A DNA stretch of 64,000 nt. Source: Chitinophagales bacterium. GTDB lineage: Bacteria > Bacteroidota > Bacteroidia > Chitinophagales > Saprospiraceae. The stretch is taken from positions 1 through 64,000 of the forward strand of contig JAKSDI010000289.1 of NCBI GenBank assembly GCA_022360175.1, read 5' to 3'. The notes under the pieces are model-generated. The model saw only the letters and a list, made by a program, of their open reading frames with translations. It did no database searches and was not told the DNA's origin. Below, piece by piece: positions 9,846-19,838 of the stretch. The translations under genes were made by a program, and so were the position numbers. Within the stretch, counting starts at the first letter, position 1. The number at the start of each line of letters is the position of its first letter.

Positions 9846-11933
9846 ATGGCAACCAGTGTTCTTTATGTCGTCATAGGCGCCATTGCTATTCTATTGCTTG
9901 GACTAATCGCCTTCTTTATTTCCTTTTATAAAAAAGTGCCACAAGGCATGGCTATGGTTCGCACCGGTAGTGGTGGCACCAAGGTAGAATTTGATAAAGG
10001 GATGTTTTCAATTCCCGTCCTTCACATGGTTGAACTGATGGATCTTTCCGTAAAAACGGTAGAAATTGGCCGCATGAAAGAAGAAGGCCTCATTTGTAAG
10101 GACAATATACGGGCAGACATCAAAGTCGTTTTCTTTGTTCGGGTTAATAAAGACCCAGAGCAAATCAAAAATGTAGCACAGTCTATAGGCTGTAAGCGCG
10201 CGTCAGATCCTGCCACTTTAAGGCAGCTTTTCGAAGCCAAATTTTCAGAAGCCTTAAAAACAGTGGGAAAGCGCTTTGAATTTGTAGAATTATATGACAA
10301 TCGCGATAAGTTTAAGCAGGCCATTGTAGAAATCATTGGTACCGATTTAAATGGTTATGTACTGGATGATGCTGCAATCGATTACCTCGAACAGACTCCA
10401 AGAGAATATCTAAAAATAGATAATATCTTAGATGCTGAGGGTATCAAAAAAATTACAGAACTGACTGCTGCACAAAAGGTAAAAGCCAACTTCATTAAAC
10501 GTGAAGAAGAAAAGACCTTAAAAGAGCAAGATGTAGAAGCCCGTGAAGCTATCCTTGAATTTGAGCGCCAGCTCGCAGAAAAGGAAGAACGCCAGCGCCG
10601 GGAAGTAGCCAATATCAAAGCACGTGAATCAGCGGAAATTGCCAAGATCAGTGAGGAAGAAAGACTAAAAGCCGAAATTGTTCGTATACAAACCGAAGAA
10701 AAACTGGCCATTGCTGAAGAAAACAAGAGCCGTCAGGTTATTATCGCTCTTAAAAATAAAGAGCGAGCAGAAGCAGTGGAAAATGAGCGTGTAGAAAAAG
10801 ATCGCCTGCTCGAACAAACCGAACGGGAGCGCATCGTCACCCTTGCGGAAATTGAGAAGCAGCGTGCCATCGAAGAAGAAAAGAAGAACATTCAGGATGT
10901 AATTAAAGAGCGTATTGTAGTAGAGAAGCGAGTAGTAGAAGAGGAAGAGCGCATCAAGGATACCCGTGAAGTAGCTGCTGCTAATCGTGCCAAGCAGGTA
11001 GCAGTCATCAAGGCCGAAGAAGAAGGCGAATCTACCATTATCAGCGAAACCAAGAAAGCAGAAGCAGATAGATTGGCCGCTGAAATTCATGCTCAAAAAT
11101 TACTGATTGATGCGGAAGCTGAAAAAGATGCTGCCGCTCGCGAAGCAGAAGCTCGCAAGATTATGGCTGAGGCCAAAGCAGCTGAAGAAGCAACTATTGG
11201 TTTGTCTGAAGCACAGGTAATTGAAGCTAAAGCAAAGGCTAAAGAGCAGGAAGGTATGATTGAAGCTGCTGTCCTTGAAAAGCAGGCAATAGCGGAAGCA
11301 AAGGGTATAGAAGCAAAAGCTAGTGCCACTCACAAACAAGGTTTACTGGAAGCGGAGGTACTGGCAAGCAAAGGTGAATCTGAAGCACGTATTATTGAGC
11401 TGAAAGCACTGGCTGACGCTAAAGGTGTAGCTGAAAAAGCCAAAGCAATGCAGCAATTGGATGAAGTAGGCAGAGATCATGAGGAATACAAACTCAGACT
11501 GGAGCAGGAAAAGGAAATTGCATTAGCTAATATCGATGTCAATCGCTCTATCGCAGAAGCTCAGGCACATGTGCTGGCAGAGGCATTTAGCAAGGCTAAT
11601 ATTGACATCGTGGGTGGCGATCAGACTTTCGTCAACAATATTATGAGTGCTATTGGTAATGGCAAACGTGTCGATCAAATGATAGGCAATAGCACCCAAT
11701 TGCAAGATGTAAAATCTGCCCTGATAGGCAGCAGCATGAACGGGCAACTCAATGCTTTCGGACAATTGAAACAATTGATCACGAAGGCAGGCCTTTCGTC
11801 AGAGGACATAAAGAACCTTTCACTAACCGCGCTCTTGCTCAAGCTACAACAACATGCTAGCGATCACGAGCAAAACATGCTTTATGAATTGATGAGCACC
11901 ATGAATCTATTAGCCCCCCCTACAAAACTCTAA
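9846..11933 (+). CDS. Flotillin / SPFH (band 7) domain protein with a long E/K/A-rich coiled coil
   Basis: N-terminal TM then SPFH core (YKKVPQGMAMVRTGSGG...), followed by roughly 350 aa of EA-repeat coiled coil typical of bacterial flotillins (YqiK/FloT). Confidence 0.85.
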   Translation: MATSVLYVVIGAIAILLLGLIAFFISFYKKVPQGMAMVRTGSGGTKVEFDKGMFSIPVLHMVELMDLSVKTVEIGRMKEEGLICKDNIRADIKVVFFVRVNKDPEQIKNVAQSIGCKRASDPATLRQLFEAKFSEALKTVGKRFEFVELYDNRDKFKQAIVEIIGTDLNGYVLDDAAIDYLEQTPREYLKIDNILDAEGIKKITELTAAQKVKANFIKREEEKTLKEQDVEAREAILEFERQLAEKEERQRREVANIKARESAEIAKISEEERLKAEIVRIQTEEKLAIAEENKSRQVIIALKNKERAEAVENERVEKDRLLEQTERERIVTLAEIEKQRAIEEEKKNIQDVIKERIVVEKRVVEEEERIKDTREVAAANRAKQVAVIKAEEEGESTIISETKKAEADRLAAEIHAQKLLIDAEAEKDAAAREAEARKIMAEAKAAEEATIGLSEAQVIEAKAKAKEQEGMIEAAVLEKQAIAEAKGIEAKASATHKQGLLEAEVLASKGESEARIIELKALADAKGVAEKAKAMQQLDEVGRDHEEYKLRLEQEKEIALANIDVNRSIAEAQAHVLAEAFSKANIDIVGGDQTFVNNIMSAIGNGKRVDQMIGNSTQLQDVKSALIGSSMNGQLNAFGQLKQLITKAGLSSEDIKNLSLTALLLKLQQHASDHEQNMLYELMSTMNLLAPPTKL

Positions 11934-11970
11934 CGCGCACTCTATTTATTTGTAATGCTCACATTTGAGG

Positions 11971-12005
11971 AGGTAGCAGCTTTGGCTGCTACCTATTCTT
12001 TTGAT
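11971..12005 (+). terminator. Rho-independent terminator candidate after the flotillin gene
   Basis: gtagcagc-tttg-gctgctac (8-bp stem) followed by a T-rich tract (ctattctttt). Confidence 0.5.
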
Positions 12006-12209
12006 CACGATTGGAAAATGTTATCATATCATGCTATGATGAAAACTTCAATCCTATCTAGTATGGTAAACCCATTTGAGTGTAATCGTGCACAATGTAA
12101 TATGCGACTTCATCCGAAGTCGGCATTCTTTTTTACTTCGGCAAAAAAGGTTTGATTTCTCCGAAATCATTATTTCAATTACGCTAAGTTTTTCATAATT
12201 ACTGCAACA

Positions 12210-13610
12210 TCACGAGGTCAAGGAATTAATATAAGCCTGGCTATTCGATGCGCCATTTTTCAACTTTTCCAATAACCTCTCTTTCCATTCCACAGGATAA
12301 CTGGCATTTTCAACATCTACCTGAGTAAACTGCTGTGCTATTGCTTCAAAATTTTCATTCTTTATGAATTCATATAGTTCCATTGCTTTACCTTCAAGGC
12401 CTTTAGCTTTACATAGATGTAATGCCAATCGGCTTTCCTCTACCTGTCCAATACATTCAAATGGAGTATGTTCATCCAATCCTAGCATTTGATGAAACCA
12501 AAGCTGATTTTCTGGTACATCAAATAGGTTCGTATGATCAAAAATGGAGTTAATCAATGCTGTTGGTAAATAGGCCATGTAGTTCAGCCATACATAAGCA
12601 CATTTAGGGCACTTCTTGCACCAGGGTTTCTCAATATTGCAGGAATGCGCATGTGGCAGTATATCCAGGTGCTCTCTGAGAAGGTTAAAAATAAGTACAT
12701 CCTGCAAGGGTTGTAGCATACTGAAGTAGGAGAAATTATTGATGAGTATATCTTGTATATAGGTATTAATCAAGTGCTCTGCTTCCAGGGACTTACCCCA
12801 TTGGTGGTTTACATCTTCTCCTGTTTTATCCCATATCAGATTGCCGATATTGGCAGACCTTTCATGTCCCAAGGCTATATGTTGATAGCCTTCGTTTAAA
12901 ACAATAGGAAGGGAAGCGAAGATGGAACTAGGAGTTTCTGCTGCCAGCATGCTTTTTACATTAATATCAGTATCCAGTTCTACAATGGGGCAATCTACGA
13001 AGCTATCATATACATACTGACGATGTATCTTTTCTGGCTTCAAACCTGATAGCAGTTCATCTACAATTTGATGCTGCCGCTTTGAAGGGCCGTAAATAGA
13101 ATTAGAATACACAAAGGAGGCATAGGGGATATTTTGAGACTCTAAAAGGCGAGCAGAAAGTAAGCTATCCTTGCCTCCTCCACAGAAAGAAAGAACACGT
13201 ACTTTCGAATCCAATTGATTATCAATACTGGAAAGTTGATGGCTATCTGCAAAAGCATGTGCCAATTCTGGCCCTTTATAATCTGGCCAATCGTGCTCAT
13301 AACGCCATTGAGACCAAACCTTATACTGAATTTTATCCCATAGCGCCCAAAAAGCAGGCGTGCAGTAGTCTTGATAAGGGCCAAAATCTACTTTATCTGG
13401 TTTTAAGGAAACCAGCTTGTTAAATTCAAAGGCGGCAATGTGGAAGTATATCCTTTGAAGTTGATCCTGGCCAAAACGTTTTTCCAGTTCTAGCAGGTCA
13501 ACTGTATCATACCAAAGTGCTACCTCAAAATTGTAATCATTAAAAGTGTAAGTGATCGATAACTGATGTCTGGCGCGAGTGATGGATTGTAGGGTGATGG
13601 TGTTGTTCAT
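12210..13610 (-). CDS. QueC-like PP-loop ATPase (7-cyano-7-deazaguanine synthase family) with a roughly 140-aa N-terminal extension and a C-terminal extension
   Basis: PP-loop SFCGGGKDS aligns with QueC VFSGGQDS. The following SFVYS..YGPSKRQHQIVDEL aligns with QueC VTFDYGQRHRAEIDVAREL. The Cys cluster C-x7-C-KK-C-PK-C matches the QueC zinc motif C-x8-C-x2-C-x2-C. At 466 aa it is twice the length of QueC. Confidence 0.7.
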   Translation of the reverse strand: MNNTITLQSITRARHQLSITYTFNDYNFEVALWYDTVDLLELEKRFGQDQLQRIYFHIAAFEFNKLVSLKPDKVDFGPYQDYCTPAFWALWDKIQYKVWSQWRYEHDWPDYKGPELAHAFADSHQLSSIDNQLDSKVRVLSFCGGGKDSLLSARLLESQNIPYASFVYSNSIYGPSKRQHQIVDELLSGLKPEKIHRQYVYDSFVDCPIVELDTDINVKSMLAAETPSSIFASLPIVLNEGYQHIALGHERSANIGNLIWDKTGEDVNHQWGKSLEAEHLINTYIQDILINNFSYFSMLQPLQDVLIFNLLREHLDILPHAHSCNIEKPWCKKCPKCAYVWLNYMAYLPTALINSIFDHTNLFDVPENQLWFHQMLGLDEHTPFECIGQVEESRLALHLCKAKGLEGKAMELYEFIKNENFEAIAQQFTQVDVENASYPVEWKERLLEKLKNGASNSQAYINSLTS

Positions 13611-13629
13611 GAATTAATTTAGGGTTTAT

Positions 13630-14169
13630 CTATGCTCGAAATTGCACGGCATTACGCACTCTTGCTGCCTCTCGTATTCTTGTTTTTTCATCCTTCTTGA
13701 GGATATATTCTTGTTTTTTAATAATCATTTTCCACCAAAGCAAAGCGGGTATTAATTGACCAGAATGCTCTTCTAAACGATAAGTTAATTCAAGGTTGGG
13801 TTCTTCCCTATTGTTTATTATTCTACTTAATCGTGTGTAGTGTATATCTAGGTCTTCAGAAAGTTGCTTTTTAGTACGCTTCAAAATTCTAGCATATTCT
13901 TCCAACTGTCTACCAAAACTCATTTCAGTTATATATTCCCCTCCTTTAAGATAGTTTTCAAATTGATACCTTAATCGGAGTAAATCCGAATATATTCGCT
14001 GTTCTTCTGTCTGTTCGTTCAATAATTTAAAACGAAATGCTCTCAGTTCTTCATCAGCCTGCTCTTTTTCTTCATCTGTCAAACCCTCAGGAATGAGCAT
14101 TGAATCAGCGATTTCTTCATCTGTATATTGCTCCCTAAGTTTTCTGTATATTTCCTCATATTTCTTCAT
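13630..14169 (-). CDS. HTH (XRE-like) domain protein with an acidic N-terminal region; second gene of the three-gene operon
   Basis: Helix-turn-helix signature KKQLSEDLDIHYTRLSRIINNRE. It overlaps the upstream gene by 14 bp and ends 20 bp before the QueC-like gene. Confidence 0.55.
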   Translation of the reverse strand: MKKYEEIYRKLREQYTDEEIADSMLIPEGLTDEEKEQADEELRAFRFKLLNEQTEEQRIYSDLLRLRYQFENYLKGGEYITEMSFGRQLEEYARILKRTKKQLSEDLDIHYTRLSRIINNREEPNLELTYRLEEHSGQLIPALLWWKMIIKKQEYILKKDEKTRIREAARVRNAVQFRA

Positions 14170-14638
14170 GTCCCAGATATTTTTTGATTAGCTCCTGAGC
14201 AAATTTACCATAGATAGCCATTTGAGCACCTATTGATATAAAACCATATTTTTTACGATAATGATCTATTAGCTGGGTTTTCGCTTTTAGCGAAACGAAA
14301 CCACCATATCCCTTAAGAAAAGCTAGCTGACAAGCAAAGCCAATTAAACAACCAGGTATATAATCAAACTGCTTTTTGTTTCCTTTGTTTTCAATTGAAG
14401 ATTCTATCAAATTAATATGAATTCTTAATTCTCGAGATATATCGCTTATAGAAATTAAACCTAGAATTTCAACCTCTCCTTTGAGGCTTATCTGATATAC
14501 TTCATAATCAATTTCCAGCGACCAATCAAACAGAAATCTGTGATTATTTTTTAGCCCCCTGATTTCAAGAAACGTCAATCGTTTTATATACGCTTCTACT
14601 TTTTTGCCAGTTTTAATCTCTACCAATTCCATGCGCAT
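14156..14638 (-). CDS. Hypothetical 160-aa protein, first gene of the QueC-like operon (weak GNAT-like features)
   Basis: Clean ORF with translational overlap to the HTH gene. No secretion signal. A GxG-containing segment (KGYGGFVSL) is the only hint of a fold. Confidence 0.45.
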   Translation of the reverse strand: MRMELVEIKTGKKVEAYIKRLTFLEIRGLKNNHRFLFDWSLEIDYEVYQISLKGEVEILGLISISDISRELRIHINLIESSIENKGNKKQFDYIPGCLIGFACQLAFLKGYGGFVSLKAKTQLIDHYRKKYGFISIGAQMAIYGKFAQELIKKYLGHEEI

Positions 14639-14707
14639 TAGATTATACTAGCAATAAATATACTAAATAATATTTACTATTTAAGTAAATATTATTTATC
14701 ACTTAAG

Positions 14708-15403
14708 TTATTTTATCTCAAAAATCATATCCTCCAGTCTCTGTATTTCTTCACTTCCAGGGCATCTATACATGATCTTTCTAAATATAAAAAGATCACC
14801 TGCCGATGCATGATTAATAATCGCTCTGGTTGCTCCACTAAAACGAGCACCAGTATTAACAGATCGCTCTACTTCATCCCATTTACTGACACGGAGCACT
14901 TCAAAACCATACACTTTACAGTAGGCATCGATATCATAATTTTCAATGACTGCTTTGATACCTTGCTGGGCTTTAAATTCTCCTATTCCTATTTTTATAT
15001 TTTGGTTGGCCGTATAATTCCCTAACCTTCCTACTGCTTTGATCGGTTTTACTCTTATCCTTTTTGTTTCCAAGGTATCCTTGAGGGCAACGTCTATCTC
15101 TACTATCCCTACCGTATCTGGCCGAATGACAAAAGAGTTCTTCCACTGCTTAATAACTACAGGACGCCTTTCCTGATTAAATACCTGTATATAGGCATGT
15201 AATTGATCTAATGTAACTGGATGTTCTTGTTGGGCAACTACTTCAAAGGAATTATCCAATTTTGCTATAAAATAGCCTGATCGTACAGCAATTAAGGATT
15301 TCGCCTGCTGCTGCGCAAGCAATTTGTTAGAAAAAGTGCCCAATAATAACGCAATAGTGAGAGCGGATAAAAATCCATTCTTTACTTTTTTTACTCCAAT
15401 CAT
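14708..15403 (-). CDS. Exported hypothetical protein (signal peptide)
   Basis: N-terminal signal LSALTIALLLGTFSNKLLAQ. Shares a 4-bp overlap with the upstream alpha/beta-hydrolase gene, suggesting an operon. Confidence 0.5.
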   Translation of the reverse strand: MIGVKKVKNGFLSALTIALLLGTFSNKLLAQQQAKSLIAVRSGYFIAKLDNSFEVVAQQEHPVTLDQLHAYIQVFNQERRPVVIKQWKNSFVIRPDTVGIVEIDVALKDTLETKRIRVKPIKAVGRLGNYTANQNIKIGIGEFKAQQGIKAVIENYDIDAYCKVYGFEVLRVSKWDEVERSVNTGARFSGATRAIINHASAGDLFIFRKIMYRCPGSEEIQRLEDMIFEIK

Positions 15404-16338
15404 TCATTTAAAAATTTTTCTATAGCAGCAATTGCTTCTTTTGCATTTTCTTCTTGTACAAAATGTCCGCAATCAAACTCGATGATAGTAGATGCAGGTA
15501 TTCGTTTTTTCCATTTATCGAGATATACCGGAGTGATAAATTTATCTTTCATCCCCCACAATATCAACCAATCTTTAGTTATTAGTTGATCCAACTCTTC
15601 CCATTGCTGCTGGTACCAATCTGACGAACCAACGAGTGATTCCGCAATTCGCAATAAAGACTGCCGAGATTGTTTGTTTGGGAATGGACCAGTATAATGT
15701 CGATGTATTTCTGTGCTCAATTTCTTTTTATCTAAAAACCCTTGCTTTAGCAATACTTTAGGCGAAAAATTAAAGTTCAGGTATAAAAATTTTCCCAACC
15801 AGCTATTAATCAATCTATCTATTTTTAACGCATCCTCATCATTTTTGGTCTCCCAGAGCCAGCTATTTAATAAGACTATCTTTTTAATTCTTTCGGCATT
15901 TTCAATTCCCGCTCCTAAGCCTATAGGCCCTCCAAAATCATGTACAATTAGAGTAATATTTCTTAAATCCAGTTTTTTGATAAACGTACTTAAATTTTTT
16001 GCGTGAAGCTGAGGGGTATCTGCAAATAATGGCGGCTTTTCAGAAAGGCCAAAACCAATGTGATCTATAGCGATACAGCGGTAAGTAGAAGAAATTTTTT
16101 TGATAAAATCTCTATATAGAAATGACCAGGTGGGAGTTCCGTGAACAAACAATATGGTGTCTCCTTTTCCCTCATCTATGTAATGCATTTTCCCTGTTTC
16201 CAACTGGATAAACTGATGCTCGAAAGGATAAAGTTTACTATCCAGCCAATTATTCTGAATGCTCGTCATGATGAAAAGAATTACTTGCGTGTTAATAATT
16301 AATTGCGACGCAAAGTTCTCCTTTCTTATCCTTTCCAT
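15400..16338 (-). CDS. Alpha/beta-hydrolase fold protein (haloalkane dehalogenase-like)
   Basis: ILFVHGTPTWSFLYRDFI..IAIDHIGFGLSEKP, with a nucleophile elbow, Asp and His motifs downstream. Confidence 0.8.
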   Translation of the reverse strand: MERIRKENFASQLIINTQVILFIMTSIQNNWLDSKLYPFEHQFIQLETGKMHYIDEGKGDTILFVHGTPTWSFLYRDFIKKISSTYRCIAIDHIGFGLSEKPPLFADTPQLHAKNLSTFIKKLDLRNITLIVHDFGGPIGLGAGIENAERIKKIVLLNSWLWETKNDEDALKIDRLINSWLGKFLYLNFNFSPKVLLKQGFLDKKKLSTEIHRHYTGPFPNKQSRQSLLRIAESLVGSSDWYQQQWEELDQLITKDWLILWGMKDKFITPVYLDKWKKRIPASTIIEFDCGHFVQEENAKEAIAAIEKFLNE

Positions 16339-16358
16339 TCTTGGTATAAACCAAGATT

Positions 16359-16955
16359 TCAGATGCGCACTTTATTCATCAGTTTGCTAAAGTTGGTAGA
16401 ATCTATACGCAGGTAAGAGGCCAGGTCTTTTTGTGATACCATATTCAATAAATGCGGGCTTCTTTTTACAAATACCGTGAAGCGCGTTTCCATATCAAAA
16501 GCCATTAATTCGTGCTGCCGTTGTAAAACACCTACCAAAAACAGCTCTGTAGCTTTGCGAAATAAAGTTTCTATTTCTCTGTATTGCTGCATCAACTGCT
16601 GGTGTTTTTCATAAGATATCCGCAGGAATTTACAGTTTGTAATCGTTTCGAGGAAATATCGGGAAGGTGTTTGTGTAAAGAATGATTCTGGTATTCCACT
16701 AAAGGAAGGAGCATATGCAAAGGCAATTACATGTTGTTTTTCTTCGCCGAGGTAATAAGATTTTTGAATACCTTCTATTACATAGTAGAGATAGCGTTCG
16801 GTTTCACCAGGTGCTGTCATTATCGTTTTTCGAGGAAGGTTATATTCACTCCAGTGTGCAATATATTCATCCAGGATTTCATCCTTGATCTGGTAAAATT
16901 CCGACAAATAGGCTTTCATTGCATTTTTAGATTCAGAAGTTGGTTTGAAAAACAA
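16359..16955 (-). CDS. Crp/Fnr-family transcriptional regulator
   Basis: cNMP-binding beta-roll followed by a C-terminal HTH (DLASYLRIDSTNFSKLMNK). Confidence 0.8.
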   Translation of the reverse strand: MFFKPTSESKNAMKAYLSEFYQIKDEILDEYIAHWSEYNLPRKTIMTAPGETERYLYYVIEGIQKSYYLGEEKQHVIAFAYAPSFSGIPESFFTQTPSRYFLETITNCKFLRISYEKHQQLMQQYREIETLFRKATELFLVGVLQRQHELMAFDMETRFTVFVKRSPHLLNMVSQKDLASYLRIDSTNFSKLMNKVRI

Positions 16956-17043
16956 GATGCCATCATCCTGCTAAGATAGATACATTAGAGACAGCATCTT
17001 GTTTAGAAATAATCTCAAAATTGCTTTTGAGATACTAATCAAA

Positions 17044-17742
17044 CTACTTGTTCATCTCTTCATTATAAGCTATAATCACCTTCATGATTAAATCCGTATT
17101 TTCATTTTCTAGCTGTCCTTTGAGGAAATTAGCTACTTTTTTGTTTTCCTTTCTTTTGTAATTACCAAATTCTCCTTTTGCAAATTTTTCCGATGTTTCA
17201 GGAGCATCTTCGATCCATCGCTCAATGTTCATATTGGTCATGGTCAGCATTTTATCTTCGCTTTCCTTTCGTACAAAATATTCAGGATTGGCACGTAGAT
17301 CGGCATAGATTTCTTCAAAAGACACACCCGAAGCAACACCTGGTGGATAACCATATGCTTTATAAACAGTAATAGGGCCATCAATCATTTTTTCGATAAA
17401 GGTGTAGTTTGGCAATGATTTTAAGGTAGAGCCATAATCACCACGTCCAGCCACCATTACTTTTTGAGATTCAAAATAATTACCCTCCACTTCATAAGCT
17501 ACCAGGTCTTTTGGTTTATACTTTGTTATATACTTGCCCTTGATGCGTTTTTCATCTTTTAAAGAAGGGTCGAATACCGAAATCCCCTTTTGATTAACCC
17601 AGGGCCTATTAGGGTAAACATACATCATCACATCTTCTGTAGAACCGTCTTTTTTGTAGAGAGTGGCTTTTACTCTGTCTTGAGCTATTATGGATACGAC
17701 CATAAGCAAAAGAGCACTAATTGTCAAAACAGTTTTTTTCAT
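17044..17742 (-). CDS. Exported hypothetical protein
   Basis: Signal peptide MKKTVLTISALLLMVVSIIAQ. No recognisable domain. Confidence 0.5.
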   Translation of the reverse strand: MKKTVLTISALLLMVVSIIAQDRVKATLYKKDGSTEDVMMYVYPNRPWVNQKGISVFDPSLKDEKRIKGKYITKYKPKDLVAYEVEGNYFESQKVMVAGRGDYGSTLKSLPNYTFIEKMIDGPITVYKAYGYPPGVASGVSFEEIYADLRANPEYFVRKESEDKMLTMTNMNIERWIEDAPETSEKFAKGEFGNYKRKENKKVANFLKGQLENENTDLIMKVIIAYNEEMNK

Positions 17743-18072
17743 TTGTCTTTAACGTTATAAAAGTTAGATAATTCCAAAAGATTTCAATAGTACTCAGGTG
17801 ATTCCGCACTTCATGATATGCGAAACTGAGTACTAATTGGGAACTAGTTTACTCATCAGAAACTAGTTCTTAAACAGGAGGATATAAACAATCGTCCTAC
17901 TTAATTTTTTAACCGCATGTTCTGGAAAAAATCAGGGGTGCAGAAACAGCGCGCGGTATATCAGAGCTTGAAATTAAAATAGTTTTATTGGTCAATAAAA
18001 TTCAAGCTATTGTCTCTTCATAATGATGGTAAAGATATGACACTCCAGGTCAAAAAGCCAGAAAACAACTCT

Positions 18073-18588
18073 TTATTTATCTTTTTCTAAACCATTTAAA
18101 AAGGCATCAACTTCCAAATCACTACGAAGAAGAATAACCTCTTTTTCTTCTTTTATTGCTTCTAATTTAGCCATTATTCCTGGCCTTTTTCTCTTATTAA
18201 AATTATACACATAATGATAAAATTTAGCATCAAAGCGTTCATTACAGCCTTTTGGCATATCTGGCCGAGCTTTTCCATAATGCCTGACTATTCTTTTAGT
18301 AATTCGCCACAGGCATTTCCAGGTAGGATAGTCCAACATTATAATTGTATCGGCTTGTCTGATGCGAATGTCCATCGTCCCTCCATAATTGCCATCTATT
18401 ATCCAGGAAGCTTGAGCTGCCATCTCTTTTACTTTGGATTCCCATTCGGGTTTATCAGTCTCAACCCATTCCGGTAACCAATACTCCATATCCAGATGGA
18501 TCAAGGGTAATTGCGTTATCTGATGCAATTTTCTGGAAAAGGTAGATTTTCCAGCTCCACAACAACCAATGACCATTACTTTCTCCAT
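18073..18588 (-). CDS. P-loop nucleotide kinase-like protein (topology-modulation / adenylate-kinase-like family)
   Basis: Walker A VIGCCGAGKSTF, about 170 aa. I placed the start at the internal Met (MEKVMVIG), which removes the overlap with the upstream transporter. Confidence 0.65.
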   Translation of the reverse strand: MEKVMVIGCCGAGKSTFSRKLHQITQLPLIHLDMEYWLPEWVETDKPEWESKVKEMAAQASWIIDGNYGGTMDIRIRQADTIIMLDYPTWKCLWRITKRIVRHYGKARPDMPKGCNERFDAKFYHYVYNFNKRKRPGIMAKLEAIKEEKEVILLRSDLEVDAFLNGLEKDK

Positions 18589-18590
18589 AA

Positions 18591-19688
18591 TCATTCTATT
18601 TGCTGCTCTCTCCAATAAGCCGCCAGAGAAGAACCTGTGATATTCATAAAGGGACTAAATAAAACGGGTGCTAATCCCATCGTAGCCAATCTACCCATTT
18701 CCAAAGCGATACCAGAAGCCAAACCACTGTTTTGCATACCCACTTCAAAAGCGATGGTTTGTGCAGATTGCTTATCAAGCCCTAAAAGGCGACTTGCCCA
18801 AAAGCCCAGGGTATAACCTAAAAGATTATGTACTAATACTACCCCAATAAGCGCCAGCCCAATAGATAGCAAAGCATCTCTACCTGCTGCAGTAATAATC
18901 GCAATGACGATTGCAATACCAGACATTGAAACCATGGGCATTGCCTTATCCAACCACCGAAAACGCCCATGTGCCAAATGATTAAATAGGAGGCCTGCCA
19001 CTACCGGAATGAAGACGATTTTGGTAATACTCCACATCATCGCCAGAAAATCAATGGGTACTAACTGTCCTGCTAAACGCTCCATTAAAAAGGGAGTAAT
19101 CAATGGCGATAACAAAGTAGCTACCATCGTAAGCGTCAGAGATAATGCAAGATTAGCTTTGGCTATATAGGACATCACATTAGATGCCAGTCCACTTGGT
19201 GAGCATCCTACCAAAATGATCCCCGCAGCAATCTCCGCAGAAAAACCAGAAATGTTTGCTAAAGCAAATCCTAACAAAGGCATTATAGAAAATTGACATA
19301 CCAAACCGATAAATACTCCCCTAGGCATTTTTATCACGCCTATAAAGTCCTGCACACTCATATTCGTTCCCATCCCAAACATAATGACCATCAATATGGG
19401 AATAATCAAACGCTTTAAATCAAAGCCTCCTATACTTAAGAATATAGAAGGATAATACATCGCAGCAGCTACTGCCATAAAAACGAAGATGGTAAAAACA
19501 TAAGGCTGAGTAGTCGACTTAGTACTCAATGATAAAGCAAGCGTAAAAAAGAAAAGAACAAGTGGAATACCTGTTTGTGCACCTCTTCCTAACAGGATCA
19601 TCAACATGGTAATAGCAGCAAGAGTTATAGCAGCATAGGTGCTTAAGCGACGTAGGCGAGGCATGGATTTTGTTTTATAATCATTCAT
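18591..19688 (-). CDS. Bile acid:sodium symporter (BASS) family transporter
   Basis: About 10 TM helices with Gly-rich BASS-type crossover motifs and a 365-aa size. An ACR3-type arsenite permease is the alternative. Confidence 0.65.
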   Translation of the reverse strand: MNDYKTKSMPRLRRLSTYAAITLAAITMLMILLGRGAQTGIPLVLFFFTLALSLSTKSTTQPYVFTIFVFMAVAAAMYYPSIFLSIGGFDLKRLIIPILMVIMFGMGTNMSVQDFIGVIKMPRGVFIGLVCQFSIMPLLGFALANISGFSAEIAAGIILVGCSPSGLASNVMSYIAKANLALSLTLTMVATLLSPLITPFLMERLAGQLVPIDFLAMMWSITKIVFIPVVAGLLFNHLAHGRFRWLDKAMPMVSMSGIAIVIAIITAAGRDALLSIGLALIGVVLVHNLLGYTLGFWASRLLGLDKQSAQTIAFEVGMQNSGLASGIALEMGRLATMGLAPVLFSPFMNITGSSLAAYWREQQIE

Positions 19689-19756
19689 TAAAACACTAAA
19701 AATCAGAACATTAAATTATCTATTTTAGTACCTTAACATCTATTCCTCCCCTGGCT

Positions 19757-19838
19757 TTCAGCCGACCCCTCCGAAGGGGTACAGGTGCTGTGCTCTCTCG
19801 GGGGAGCTGCCCGCTGGGCTGAGGGGGATGTTCTATAA
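19757..19838. repeat. Family A intergenic repeat, copy 1 (inverted relative to the other copies)
   Basis: Reverse complement reads cttatagaacatccccctcagcccagcgggcagctcccccgagagagcacagcacctgtacccct, matching the copies at 23761, 30725, 34577 and 43792. Contains the hairpin acccct-tcgg-aggggt. Confidence 0.75.

Noticed and set aside
10022-11339. Several minus-strand ORFs of 78-143 aa (10022-10336, 10382-10726, 10665-11096, 11093-11329, 11100-11339) inside the flotillin gene
   Set aside because: They are antisense to a well-supported flotillin CDS. Their Ser/Ala/Phe-rich low-complexity translations are the typical mirror image of a GAA/GCA-rich coiled-coil coding region.
11955-12155. 66-aa plus-strand ORF after the flotillin gene
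   Set aside because: It begins inside the predicted flotillin terminator hairpin, has no homology features and sits in an AT-rich intergenic region.
13142-13384. 80-aa minus-strand ORF nested in another frame within the QueC-like gene
   Set aside because: It is an alternate frame of the same strand inside a well-supported CDS.
17791-17870. Two adjacent perfect inverted repeats (agtactcag...ctgagtact and gaactagtt...aactagttc) as a possible regulatory site
   Set aside because: They are most simply read as a bidirectional or tandem terminator hairpin pair downstream of the kinase-like gene. Nothing indicates more than that.
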